Virus record (IMG/VR): IMGVR_UViG_3300046721_000269
From: an uncultured virus (IMG/VR IMGVR_UViG_3300046721_000269)
Lineage: Duplodnaviria > Heunggongvirae > Uroviricota > Caudoviricetes
Direction: 5' to 3' (one strand)
Length of the DNA stretch: 20,000 bases
The notes under the pieces are model-generated. The model did not search any database, was not told the origin of the DNA, and saw only the letters and a list, made by a program, of their open reading frames with translations. A program made the translations under genes and the position numbers. Positions 1-9,980 of this stretch are shown in pieces (within the stretch, counting starts at the first letter, position 1; every line of letters starts with the position of its first letter).

Positions 1-2
1 TT

Positions 3-3000
3 ACGATGGGAGACGAAGAGGCACCGCTCAACCAATACTTTGCCACGCACCCCGAGATGGTCCTCGGGCGAAACGCCATGGAGGGCAAGCTCTACAGGAA
101 GGGCGGCTACACCGTCCAGCCGACGCCAGGGGCTTTGCTCGAGAAGATAGCAGCGGCGATCCAGAAGTTCCCGCAAGACATTTTCCAGCGGGGGGAACCC
201 GAGGCGGAGATTGAGAAGCAACAGACCGCGCTCGAGGACAACTCCCTGGTGCTGGACGATAAAGGCCGGGTGATGAAGGCCAAGGGGTATGAGCTCGCGA
301 TGCCCGATTGGGACTCGACCAGCAAGCCACTGGTGGACCGGGCAAAGGATTACATCGGGCTCCGTGACGTGCTACTCCGTCAGTATTTCATGGAGGGGGA
401 CCCGGAAGCGACGGATGAGGCTCTCGAGGCCAACCGCGCCGCACTCAAAAAGGCCTACGAGAAGTTTGTTAAGAAGCACGGCCGGTTAAACGAGATAGCG
501 CGCAAGCTCCGCCACTTGGAGGACGAGCCCTACTATTACACGGTGATGGGGCTTGAGAACGTGCGGGAGGTTCAGGACCCCGAGGATCCGGCAAAGACAA
601 AGACCTTGATTGAGCCGGCGGACGTGCTGACCAAGCGGGTCAAGACGCCGGACCGACCGCCGGCCCACGTCGACACGGCCACGGACGGCCTTGGTGTCTC
701 GCTCGCCTTCAAGGGTCAGCTCGACATGGAGTTCATCAAGGCCCTCACCGGCCTGGACGAGACAGCGATCGAGGCAGACCTGATCACAAACGGCGGGTGC
801 TTCAAGGACCCGGATACCGGCAAAGTCGTCACGGGGACCGATTACCTTTCAGGGGACGTGCGCGACAAGCTCGCCAAGGCGATGTTCGCGGCCAAGGAGT
901 CGGACGAGTTCAAGAGGAATGTTGAAGCCCTCCGAGCCACGATCCCCGAAACTATCCCGTTCGAGAAAATAAGCACCACGCTTAACGCCCGGTGGACGCC
1001 GCTCTCAGTGCTCAACACCTTTGCAGAGCAGGTGATAGGTCTAGCGAAAGGCTCAATCCGGTTTGTGCCGGTCATCGAGGAGTTTAGCTGTAAGCAGAAC
1101 GAACGCTTCGCCCTGAGCAATCTGGCCAAAACCCAGTGGTCGACAGCGGATATGCTGGCTACTGAGCTGCTCAATCACGCGCTCAACTTCAAGCGCGCAA
1201 CGATCACCAAGACGGACAGCGACGGGAAGCGCTACACGGACGAGGACGCCACGGCCCTGGCTAACCAGATGATTGATAAAATGCGGGATGCTTACCTGCA
1301 ATTCATCCGGGAGAGCAAGGAGGCTGTGCCGTACCGGTACTTTGACGTTGAGGCCGGCGAATACAAAACCGAGCCGCTACAGATTTGGGACGTGCTCGAG
1401 CGCGAGTTCAACAAGAAGGTTAATTCCTTCGTGGACCCGAAGTATGACGGCTCCGTCCTTAAACTCCCGGGCCTATCGACCTTTGTGAAGCGCAACCCCC
1501 ACCTGTTAAACGGCGTCATGCGTGCCATCATGACGGGGTCGGCGGTGTTCGCCCACGGCGTAGGCTCGGGAAAGACCTTCCTGCAGATACTCATTGCCCA
1601 TGAGCTGCAACGGATTGGGCTCGCCAGAAAGATGGTGCTGGTTGTCAAAAAGCCGACGGTCGGCCAGTTCCGTGTCTCCATCGAGAAGGCTTACCCAGGC
1701 TCCAAGGTGCTCATCCCAACGCAACGGGACTTCGAGGCGTCCAACCGCAAGAAGCTAATCGCCCGAATTGCCTCAACCAAATGGGACTTCATCGTCCTGA
1801 GCCATGAGCAGTTCAAGGCCATCAAGCCGGGCTCGAACCTGATCCAGAACTTCTTCGACGAACAGATCAACGCGCTCCTGCAGATCCTCCACGACCAGGG
1901 CTATAGCGAACCTGGTGAGAAGGAGAGCACGCGAGGTTTGCCGCCGGAGGTCCGCAACATCGTTCGGAAGATCCGCGGGCTCCGCAAGCGGCTGACCGCG
2001 CACCTGGACACTATTGGCAAGCGCCAGGATACCGGCCTCCCGTGGGAAGATATCGGGATTGACGGGCTATCGATCGACGAAAGCCACAACTTCAAAAAGA
2101 TCCCCATCCCGACGCAGATGGACAACGAGATTAAGGGGATCCCCAATGACTTCAGCCAGCGGGCGGTCGACATGCTTGTGAAGGTCCGCAACGTCCAGCA
2201 GCGGACCAACGGGCGCAATGTGTTCTTTGCCTCGGGCACACCGGTCAGCAATACCCTGGCAGAGTTATGGGTCCAGTTCCACGCGACTAACCCCAACCTC
2301 CTGAAGGCGTTCAACGTCGAAACCTTCGATAGCTTCGCTTCCACGTTTGCCGACGTGATCGAGAACTTCGAATACGGATGGGACCAGCAGTTTCATGATG
2401 TCACGCGCATGAGCCGGTTCAAGAACCCGGCGGGCCTGACGATGCTGACGCGCCTGGGGATGGATGTCCGCATGGGCAACAAAGAGCTGGGGCTCGACGT
2501 GCCGGAGATGAAAACCGGGAAGCCCATCATCCACATCGTTAAGCCAACCAAGTCATACCGCCGATGGATCGCCTTCCTCAATGACGCAGTTGCGGCATGG
2601 GAATCAGCCGAGCCAAAGGAGCGGTTCTTCAACTCCTGGGTCCCCATCACCGTAATGCGGGCGGGCGTGGCCGCGGCGCTGGACCCGCGCTGTGTGTTTT
2701 CCGATGCCGAGGACGATCCGGCCAGCAAGGTCAACCAGGCTGTGAGGGCCATCCTCGAGGCCTACAAGCAGGGCGCGGAGCATCGCTCTACCATGATGGT
2801 GTTCGCGGACATGTACGGGACGCTCGACACGAGCAAGCTGAGGGAATTTGTCGGCGGCGAGCATGCCCCGGTTATCGAGGTCGAATCGGTTCCCGTGCCA
2901 GGGGACAAGGAAGCGGACGAGGCGGCAGACAGCGGCGCCAAGGACTCGGCAGACTATTCGAAGCACCTGGTAGGACCGTTCAACCTCTACGACGACATCC

Positions 3001-6000
3001 GCCGTAAGCTCATTGCCGGCGGGGTCCCCGAGCACGAGATAGGGATTGCCATTGAGCACGATTCCGACGCGGCTCGCGAGACGCTGTTTAACAAGGTCCG
3101 GCAGGGCATCGTCCGGATCCTGATCGGCTCGACGGAGAAGATCGGTGAAGGCGTCGACGTGCCTCAGCGCATGATGCACCAGTTCCACCTGGACCCGCCG
3201 ATGCAGATGACGCCAGCCAAATACGAGCAACGGCTCGGGCGCATCATCCGCCAGGGCAATATGTTCAGCCCCAAAAACCTCAACATCCCGGTTGAGGTCC
3301 ACGTGCTGGCGCAAGAGCTCTCGATGGACGCGGCGATCTGGCAAATGCTGGAAACCAAGGCCGTGATGATCCTGCAGGCGTTGCGCGGCCAGTTCCTGGG
3401 GGACACGTTCGAGGATCCGGCCAGCGATATCACCATGGCCATGGCCGAGATTAAAGCGGCCGCCACTGGGGACCGGCGAGCCCTGCAACTGGTGCAGCTC
3501 AAGAAAGAGGTACGGGATCTGAGCGTTGAGGAGGGGGCCTACTTCCGCCGCGGGTCGGAACTCCGGCGATCGATTGACGAGCAGAGCAGGACCCACCGGG
3601 CAAAGCTCGAGTATGCGGCCAAGAATCGCGAGCTAGGGGCAGCGGCTAAAGCAGCTACGGCCAACGACGAGACGGCCAGCCTGCTCTACATCAAAGAGCA
3701 AAAGCGGGTCACGGGCAAAGAGGCAATGACCGCGTGGCTCAAAGCTGCGAACGAGGCCATGGAGAAGGTCCTCGAGAAGGACGGCCAGCGAGCCCAAATG
3801 AGTCTCATCTTTGGGGACAACCTCCGCTGCCGGCTCGACGTTCAGCTCATCTTCCAGACGAACATAGAACCTGGAAAGGCAGCCGAAACTATCCACACCT
3901 ATCGGCGCGAGGCGCGGTTTTACCTGGGCGGACCGGAGTGGGAATGGGGCAACCCGACTTGGGACAGCAGCCTGAAGTCGATCGAAAACACCTACGACGC
4001 GCTGAAGCGAGTACCTGAGCACGCCGAGAAGCGCGCTCAGGACGACATTGAGGACGCTGCCAAGGCCGAGGGATTGGCCCGCGCGTACACCGAGCAGCTA
4101 AACAACCTCAAGTTCGATAAGGCCGACATCCTCAAGGAAAAGAAGGAAGCCCTCTACGCCCTCGAGCGTGAGCTGATGGACCGGCGGTCCCCATGGGACA
4201 AGTTGCTCGACCAGGCGGGGATTGTCTCGCCGCCGCTCCACTACCGGATCATTTCGGAAATGCAGCGGTTACTGCCGCAGATGAACATTGCCGACGGGGA
4301 TGCCTCGATAGCCAGACTCCGCCGCAATCAACTCAAGGCGCAGCCGAACGCCAACCCGAAAGCCGTCGACATCGCCACGAAGGCCGCTGACGAGGCCGAC
4401 AAGAAAGCCTTCGACCTGCACGATCGAGTTGAGGACCTGCAACGCCGGCTGGCGATTGTTGAGAAACATCGGCTCGGCGCCGCTAAGGCCGGCTCACTGG
4501 CCAAGCTGCCCTACGGCACAACCCCGACTAAGCGCGGGACGCAGTATGCCCCATCACCTGAAGGATGGGGGGCCATCGAAGCGCCTACCGATCAACTGGC
4601 GCGCGCCACGGGTATCGAAGAGCTGAGGCAACTGCTCAAGAGCCCACAAGCGGCGCTGTCTGACCAGGCCCGCCGGATTGCCTTAGCGCTCCTGGACGAG
4701 CCGGTCATGCGCGATCTGGATTGGTCCAAGCTCACGGTTGCGATCCGGCAAAACCTCCGGATGGGGGCAGGGTCCGCCAACGTAGCCGACAACCTGATCC
4801 AGCTTTCGGAAACGGTTGCGCCCGACGTGTTCCCGCATGAAGTGTTTCACTTCCTATGGCACCTGTTGCCCGAGGAGGTAAAGCAGCAGATCAACGGCTT
4901 CCGCCAGGAGGCAATCAACGCAGTCCTTGCGCGGATAACCAGCCTTGAGGATATGCCGCCCGCCTTGCGGGAGCTGCTCCAAGACATGGTTACTAACCCA
5001 GGAGGCGTTAGCAGCGAGGATTACCTGACTCGGGCCTCAGACATCATCGGGGGCAACCCTGAGCTGCATCGCCTACTTCACGATTGGTACTACCTTTCCA
5101 GTCCGCAGGAATACCTGGCGGGACTCGCCGGCCGGCGGTACGCGCGGGACAAGAGCGGCACCGAGGAGCCAAAGAAGGCCGGACTCTTCGACCGGATCCT
5201 TGAGAAGCTAAAGGAATGGCTGCGCGGCCTGCTCGAAACCCTCCGCCGGTTCTTCGGTCATAAACCCGATATCAACGGGGTTATCGACGATTTGTTATCG
5301 GGTAAATACCGGAATTCAATGGAGTCCGGAACAGCGGCAGAGCGCCAGTACAGCATGACGCCGCCGGAGACGCCAGGGGACGAAACCGGCATTAACCTCG
5401 GAGACATCGAACTCACCGAGGGGGCAGCGGCAAGAGCTGAAGGCCCGCAGACAACCCAACGCATGGGCGTCATCGATAAGATCCTGGGGCGCGAAGCGAT
5501 GGGCCCGGGGTTCACCGAGCGCGGCAAAGCCCATGCCATGGCGCAATTTACCAAGGCCGGCCTGCAAACGGCGGACGCGCCGGACGGGTATCTCCAACTT
5601 GCGGCGCCGGAGCTGGATTCTGAGATTGAAGGTCGGCGGCTGCTCAAGCTGCTCCAAGAGGACATCGCGAAACAGCAGACCCCAGGGAGGGGCCAGGAAA
5701 CCGGCGAGCTCGCCTTCCTGCTCAACTCCATCCGCCTGCACATGATTGGAGACGAGGTCGAAGCCTTTAGCCCGACCCTCAGGGCCGAGCTCTACGCGAC
5801 TGCGCAGGGCGAATCATCCCACCGCGGCCTGATGCTCGGAGCCCTGGCGGCGCTGCCAAAGACGATCCAATACCTGGCGCGCAACGTAAACACCGTGCTC
5901 AACCGGACTTACTCCGACGCCTTTGGGGGTGAGCTGGTCCGGAAGATCCTGCAGCGCGTGGCAACCGACTTCCGTGACTACTTCACCGAGGCCGAGATTC

Positions 6001-9000
6001 AGGCGGCACTTGCAGGCACGCGCATGGAGGAATACCTCAACAAAGCCCTGGCCCTGAACAGGCGGGACGAAGGCGGCCGCGTTTACCGGAAGGCTCAGCA
6101 GCTCCTGAAAGCCAAGGGGCGCAAGACCCTGGCGCGGCTCGAAGGGGATGCAAGGGTAACGGAAGCGGTCAGGGAAATCCTGGCGCAAGCGGCCAAGGAA
6201 GGCTTTGAGCCGCAGCCATCGCCCAACAAGCCATTACCGCCGCTCGAATCGCTCCTCCTGATGGTGCACCCACAGACGGCGGAGAAGATTGACCGGCTGA
6301 TTGCCAAGGCCATCACCGATGCCATGCATAACGCGGGCATCAAGCAGGCCCTCAACGAGGCGCCTGACGACGAGACGCGGGAAGAGCTGCAGGCGAACTT
6401 TGACGCCGGCGAGGAGCCGACCGACGAACAGATGGAAAAGGGGCTCGACCTTCCCGAGTTCCAGCATTGGAAGGCCATCCGTGACAATCTCACGGACTAC
6501 AACCCGGTAACCGTCAAGCTGGCCCAGGACCTTATCCGGGGTGACTTCAGGGGCACCAGGTTCCGACAGCCCATCGCCCGACCGGCGGATAGCCGCATAG
6601 ACCTTGAGAAGCTGGCCCAGTCGCCTAAGGACGAGGTCCGCCGGGTGATGGACGGCTACCTGATGAACCTCGAGGCCAACATGGACCTTACCCACGCCAC
6701 GGACGAGACAAAGCAAAGGGTAGTGTCCATTATCGAGACAGAACTTCTTAAACAGCTCGAGAGCGCACGGGAGCGCGTTCGTGGCCCTTTGTTCCAACCA
6801 CCGCCCAATCGCGCCACAGCGCTTACGCCAGAGCAGCGGCTAGGCCTTAAAATCAACGCGGGCCTCTTTGGTGATCCGCGATTGGACCTCCCGGAGATGA
6901 TCCAGCGCGTAGCCTCAAAGGGGGTTATCCAGAAGATCATGCCAAAGGCTGGCGAGCTGGTCCGCCAATCGATGGACGTCCCCTTCTATCGCCAGCAGGA
7001 GCTTGCCCAACGCTTTGCCCAACAGCTCATACAGCGGTTCAGTATCCCCGTAGACGTGGCCGACCGCGCCGCAGCCCTATTCGAGCAGGCCTTCACCGAT
7101 CGGTTTGAAAAGGCCCGAGCCCAGGCTATCAAGCAGACCTTGGAAGGCCTTACGCCGCAGGAACGACGGCAGATGAAGCCCGGTAAACCCCTATGGCAGA
7201 AGGTTGTTGCCGCAGTCAATGCCGGCAATTTCGACTCGGCCGACGCGCTCAGGGCGATAGCTCAGGCCCACGGATGGAGCCCACCGTCCGCTGCAGACGT
7301 TGCGAGGCTGAAGGCAATCGCGGAGCAGCTCCAAAAGCTCAGGGAGCTTACACCCCAGGAACTTGCCGAGGCCGGCAATGACCCGGAAGCCCTCCGGCGG
7401 GCACAGGTCGACCGTGACGCAATCACCCTTGAGCGTCGGGCGCAGCTCTCCAAGGCCATAAGCGCAGCCTGGGCCAAGATGGTCCGGCCTATCTCCTGGC
7501 CCGGTTGGAGCCGTCAATCCTGGTTCAACGCATGGGGCAACCGGCAGAACATTGCCGCGGCCATCAACGAGTTCATGGTCGCCAACATGCTCGACAAGAT
7601 AGGGTTCCTGTACCGGCTCCCGACCCACATTTTAACGCAGCTCGTGGTCCACATCCCCACCAGGGCGATCGGTTACGCATGGGTCAGACACACTGGCGGG
7701 GACCCAACGCCGCTTTGGAGGGATACCTCCCGCGCTTTGGCCGACGGGTATGGGCGAGCGCTCGCGGCACTTAGGCCTGCAATAGCCTCTGCCCGCTCGG
7801 CCTTAGCGGGACGTGGCGAGGCCCGCAACGTAGACCGCCTGGTGACCGGGATCCTGATGTTCGAACGCCTCGAGCGTGAAGCTCAGGAAGCCTTCGACCG
7901 CGGTGAGTTCGCGAGGTCGGCAGCAATGCGCCTGCTTGGCTACATCCGGTTCAGCCTCCGCTTTGTCCAGGCGGTGGACAACTTTCAGGGCGTGCCAGCC
8001 GAGTATGGGGAGATGGCGCACCAGATTGAAACCGGGTTGCGCGGGCTCGGGATGTCTCCCGCTGAAATCCAGGTCAACAAGGAGCGGATCCTCGGGCGCC
8101 TGAAAGAGAAGCTGGCGGTCGCCATTGCCAAAGCACGCGAGACACTGACCCTTACCGGCCAGCCGTTCACCGAGCGGGAGGTAATCGAAGCTGCTTGGGA
8201 CCTTATCCGCTCGAATATCTACGAGGACATTCGAAACATCGGCCTGCCCTCCGACGACTTCAAAGCCCGCAATGAGAGGCTCCGCCGGACCATCGCCTGG
8301 CAAGAGCGCGTTACCACGGGCCCGGGGGGCATTGTCGCAGCTTTCGGCCGGGGCATGAGTTCCTTATTCGCTTCCGCCGGCCTGCCATTCTCATTCGCCA
8401 GGTTCGCCAACGCGGTCGGCACGGGCATCAACTATTCGCTGATGAACACCCCGCTTGCGTGGCTCGCTAACGCGCATCTTCCTGGCGCCGAGCCCTCGCC
8501 ATGGTTTGCCACGGAGGAGGACCGAGCACAGCGCAAAGCACAGGCCCTGATCATGTCGGCCCTTGGCGGGATCGTCATCGGCGCAATCTTTGCCGGCGCG
8601 CTCCGCGTGTTCCTGCGCGGACCCAAAGACAAGGAAGAGCGGGACCTTTGGGAGGCTCAGGGGCACCGGGCGGGGACAATCGAATTTGTCATCAACGATC
8701 ACGAGTTTATCCCGATTTCGCTGACGGTCGGTCCAGGCTCAATCATCGCCCCATACGCCGCAGCGGCCGGGGCGCTGGTCGATCTTTTGCAGGCAAGAGC
8801 CAAATCTCAGGCCAAATTGGAGAAGGAAGCGCTCAAAGCGGGCGTAGCGGCCGGGAAAATACCGGCGCTGAGCATGACCGACATGCTCTCGGTAGCAGCT
8901 CAAGCGGCATGGGGAACACTGGTTTCGAGCAAGGCACTAACCGGTGTAGTCCAGTCGACAACCGAGTACGGGATCCCCAACGTCACCAAGACTGCCGCAG

Positions 9001-9791
9001 CCTACGTGAGTCCCGCGATCGCCGGCCTGCCTGGGTATCAGGAAGTCTCCCGGATGATGGGCGTCAACCTCGACTCGAAGCTCGCCAGCTTTTGGGACTT
9101 CCTTGTCCCCCTTCCAGGAAGCCAGGCCCGCGCCGTCAACATGCTCGGGGACCCGGTAAAGACTCCGGACGACGTTCAGCGCATCATTCAGACTATTACC
9201 TCCGGCACGTATCCGGGGATCGTCGACACCGACAAGATCAAAGACGTGAACGCCTACGCGGCCCTGTTCAATTCAGGCTACAGACCGCCGGCAATCGAAC
9301 CGGGCAAGGGTTACGCGATCGATGGGGAGTTCCGGCCGATGACCTCGAGGGAGATGGAGAACTACGCCGTTGAGCGCGGGACACAACTGAAAGCCTCCCT
9401 TGAGGCAATGGGACCAAACGCCGACGCCGGCATGATTAAGGCCGCTTTCAAGCAGGCCAACGAAATGGCTTTGGAGAAGAGCGGAGTCAACGTGGCTGCG
9501 ACTGCCGCGGCCACTGCCCCGGCGCCGTCTCTTACCACCCCAGGGCAAGCGCGCTACGTTTCACCAGGTCAGGCGCCGACCGGGCCGGCATTGCCAGGGG
9601 CGGGCAGCTCTCGTGAACGGGGAGCGGTCAGACTGCCATCAGCGCGCCGCGGGCTCCGGCTTCCGGCTCGGAGTATCCGTGGACCGCGGGGACCTTCACT
9701 TCGCCCGCGGGGTGCGATTCGGGCGCCGCTTCGGAGGTCCGGGGTGAGCGCTGGCGGGATCCGCAGCCTACGCCCGAGGGTTAACCGGTGA
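3..9791 (+). CDS. Giant polyvalent phage protein (5'-partial): DarB-like SNF2/SF2 helicase + zincin metallopeptidase + virion/ejection-protein-like C-terminal region
   Basis: Frame is open to the left edge (acg before the ATG at 6), so the true start is probably upstream. Helicase motifs: Walker A HGVGSGKT (1554-1577), DESH (2076-2087), SGTP (2232-2243), motif VI QRLGRIIRQGN (3228-3260). 'NQYFATHPEMVLG' and 'YLSGDVRDKL' are typical of DarB/helicase-methylase proteins. HEVFH at 4836-4850 with downstream E in QEYLA (5109-5111). Hydrophobic helix at 8544-8612. Confidence 0.9.
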   Translation, partial: TMGDEEAPLNQYFATHPEMVLGRNAMEGKLYRKGGYTVQPTPGALLEKIAAAIQKFPQDIFQRGEPEAEIEKQQTALEDNSLVLDDKGRVMKAKGYELAMPDWDSTSKPLVDRAKDYIGLRDVLLRQYFMEGDPEATDEALEANRAALKKAYEKFVKKHGRLNEIARKLRHLEDEPYYYTVMGLENVREVQDPEDPAKTKTLIEPADVLTKRVKTPDRPPAHVDTATDGLGVSLAFKGQLDMEFIKALTGLDETAIEADLITNGGCFKDPDTGKVVTGTDYLSGDVRDKLAKAMFAAKESDEFKRNVEALRATIPETIPFEKISTTLNARWTPLSVLNTFAEQVIGLAKGSIRFVPVIEEFSCKQNERFALSNLAKTQWSTADMLATELLNHALNFKRATITKTDSDGKRYTDEDATALANQMIDKMRDAYLQFIRESKEAVPYRYFDVEAGEYKTEPLQIWDVLEREFNKKVNSFVDPKYDGSVLKLPGLSTFVKRNPHLLNGVMRAIMTGSAVFAHGVGSGKTFLQILIAHELQRIGLARKMVLVVKKPTVGQFRVSIEKAYPGSKVLIPTQRDFEASNRKKLIARIASTKWDFIVLSHEQFKAIKPGSNLIQNFFDEQINALLQILHDQGYSEPGEKESTRGLPPEVRNIVRKIRGLRKRLTAHLDTIGKRQDTGLPWEDIGIDGLSIDESHNFKKIPIPTQMDNEIKGIPNDFSQRAVDMLVKVRNVQQRTNGRNVFFASGTPVSNTLAELWVQFHATNPNLLKAFNVETFDSFASTFADVIENFEYGWDQQFHDVTRMSRFKNPAGLTMLTRLGMDVRMGNKELGLDVPEMKTGKPIIHIVKPTKSYRRWIAFLNDAVAAWESAEPKERFFNSWVPITVMRAGVAAALDPRCVFSDAEDDPASKVNQAVRAILEAYKQGAEHRSTMMVFADMYGTLDTSKLREFVGGEHAPVIEVESVPVPGDKEADEAADSGAKDSADYSKHLVGPFNLYDDIRRKLIAGGVPEHEIGIAIEHDSDAARETLFNKVRQGIVRILIGSTEKIGEGVDVPQRMMHQFHLDPPMQMTPAKYEQRLGRIIRQGNMFSPKNLNIPVEVHVLAQELSMDAAIWQMLETKAVMILQALRGQFLGDTFEDPASDITMAMAEIKAAATGDRRALQLVQLKKEVRDLSVEEGAYFRRGSELRRSIDEQSRTHRAKLEYAAKNRELGAAAKAATANDETASLLYIKEQKRVTGKEAMTAWLKAANEAMEKVLEKDGQRAQMSLIFGDNLRCRLDVQLIFQTNIEPGKAAETIHTYRREARFYLGGPEWEWGNPTWDSSLKSIENTYDALKRVPEHAEKRAQDDIEDAAKAEGLARAYTEQLNNLKFDKADILKEKKEALYALERELMDRRSPWDKLLDQAGIVSPPLHYRIISEMQRLLPQMNIADGDASIARLRRNQLKAQPNANPKAVDIATKAADEADKKAFDLHDRVEDLQRRLAIVEKHRLGAAKAGSLAKLPYGTTPTKRGTQYAPSPEGWGAIEAPTDQLARATGIEELRQLLKSPQAALSDQARRIALALLDEPVMRDLDWSKLTVAIRQNLRMGAGSANVADNLIQLSETVAPDVFPHEVFHFLWHLLPEEVKQQINGFRQEAINAVLARITSLEDMPPALRELLQDMVTNPGGVSSEDYLTRASDIIGGNPELHRLLHDWYYLSSPQEYLAGLAGRRYARDKSGTEEPKKAGLFDRILEKLKEWLRGLLETLRRFFGHKPDINGVIDDLLSGKYRNSMESGTAAERQYSMTPPETPGDETGINLGDIELTEGAAARAEGPQTTQRMGVIDKILGREAMGPGFTERGKAHAMAQFTKAGLQTADAPDGYLQLAAPELDSEIEGRRLLKLLQEDIAKQQTPGRGQETGELAFLLNSIRLHMIGDEVEAFSPTLRAELYATAQGESSHRGLMLGALAALPKTIQYLARNVNTVLNRTYSDAFGGELVRKILQRVATDFRDYFTEAEIQAALAGTRMEEYLNKALALNRRDEGGRVYRKAQQLLKAKGRKTLARLEGDARVTEAVREILAQAAKEGFEPQPSPNKPLPPLESLLLMVHPQTAEKIDRLIAKAITDAMHNAGIKQALNEAPDDETREELQANFDAGEEPTDEQMEKGLDLPEFQHWKAIRDNLTDYNPVTVKLAQDLIRGDFRGTRFRQPIARPADSRIDLEKLAQSPKDEVRRVMDGYLMNLEANMDLTHATDETKQRVVSIIETELLKQLESARERVRGPLFQPPPNRATALTPEQRLGLKINAGLFGDPRLDLPEMIQRVASKGVIQKIMPKAGELVRQSMDVPFYRQQELAQRFAQQLIQRFSIPVDVADRAAALFEQAFTDRFEKARAQAIKQTLEGLTPQERRQMKPGKPLWQKVVAAVNAGNFDSADALRAIAQAHGWSPPSAADVARLKAIAEQLQKLRELTPQELAEAGNDPEALRRAQVDRDAITLERRAQLSKAISAAWAKMVRPISWPGWSRQSWFNAWGNRQNIAAAINEFMVANMLDKIGFLYRLPTHILTQLVVHIPTRAIGYAWVRHTGGDPTPLWRDTSRALADGYGRALAALRPAIASARSALAGRGEARNVDRLVTGILMFERLEREAQEAFDRGEFARSAAMRLLGYIRFSLRFVQAVDNFQGVPAEYGEMAHQIETGLRGLGMSPAEIQVNKERILGRLKEKLAVAIAKARETLTLTGQPFTEREVIEAAWDLIRSNIYEDIRNIGLPSDDFKARNERLRRTIAWQERVTTGPGGIVAAFGRGMSSLFASAGLPFSFARFANAVGTGINYSLMNTPLAWLANAHLPGAEPSPWFATEEDRAQRKAQALIMSALGGIVIGAIFAGALRVFLRGPKDKEERDLWEAQGHRAGTIEFVINDHEFIPISLTVGPGSIIAPYAAAAGALVDLLQARAKSQAKLEKEALKAGVAAGKIPALSMTDMLSVAAQAAWGTLVSSKALTGVVQSTTEYGIPNVTKTAAAYVSPAIAGLPGYQEVSRMMGVNLDSKLASFWDFLVPLPGSQARAVNMLGDPVKTPDDVQRIIQTITSGTYPGIVDTDKIKDVNAYAALFNSGYRPPAIEPGKGYAIDGEFRPMTSREMENYAVERGTQLKASLEAMGPNADAGMIKAAFKQANEMALEKSGVNVAATAAATAPAPSLTTPGQARYVSPGQAPTGPALPGAGSSRERGAVRLPSARRGLRLPARSIRGPRGPSLRPRGAIRAPLRRSGVSAGGIRSLRPRVNR

Positions 9792-9980
9792 TCATCCTTC
9801 CTTGATGCTTGCGCCGAGGGGAAGCCCTATGTCGCGATTCCGGAAGAAGCGCTCGACCATCCGAAGTTGATCCGCATAGCTGATGCTCGCAGGATCGCAT
9901 TTGTAACAAACGAATTCCGGTTCCTTGGGCGGCTTCTTCCAGCGGAAAGGCTTTGAGCGCTTGGGCAGGTAGAGATTCAC
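9792..9980 (-). CDS. Hypothetical small protein with CxxC (62 aa)
   Basis: GTG start overlaps the upstream TGA (GTGA at 9977-9980); CYKC motif; stop abuts the stop of the giant ORF. Confidence 0.6.
   Translation of the reverse strand: MNLYLPKRSKPFRWKKPPKEPEFVCYKCDPASISYADQLRMVERFFRNRDIGLPLGASIKEG

Noticed and set aside
2604..3596. 330-aa antisense ORF and the other ORFs nested in the giant gene (e.g. 8501-9373 in another plus frame)
   Set aside because: Shadow frames of a GC-rich coding region; no motifs and biased composition
3889..3897. CTATCCACA, an 8/9 match to a DnaA box
   Set aside because: Single copy inside a coding region; expected by chance
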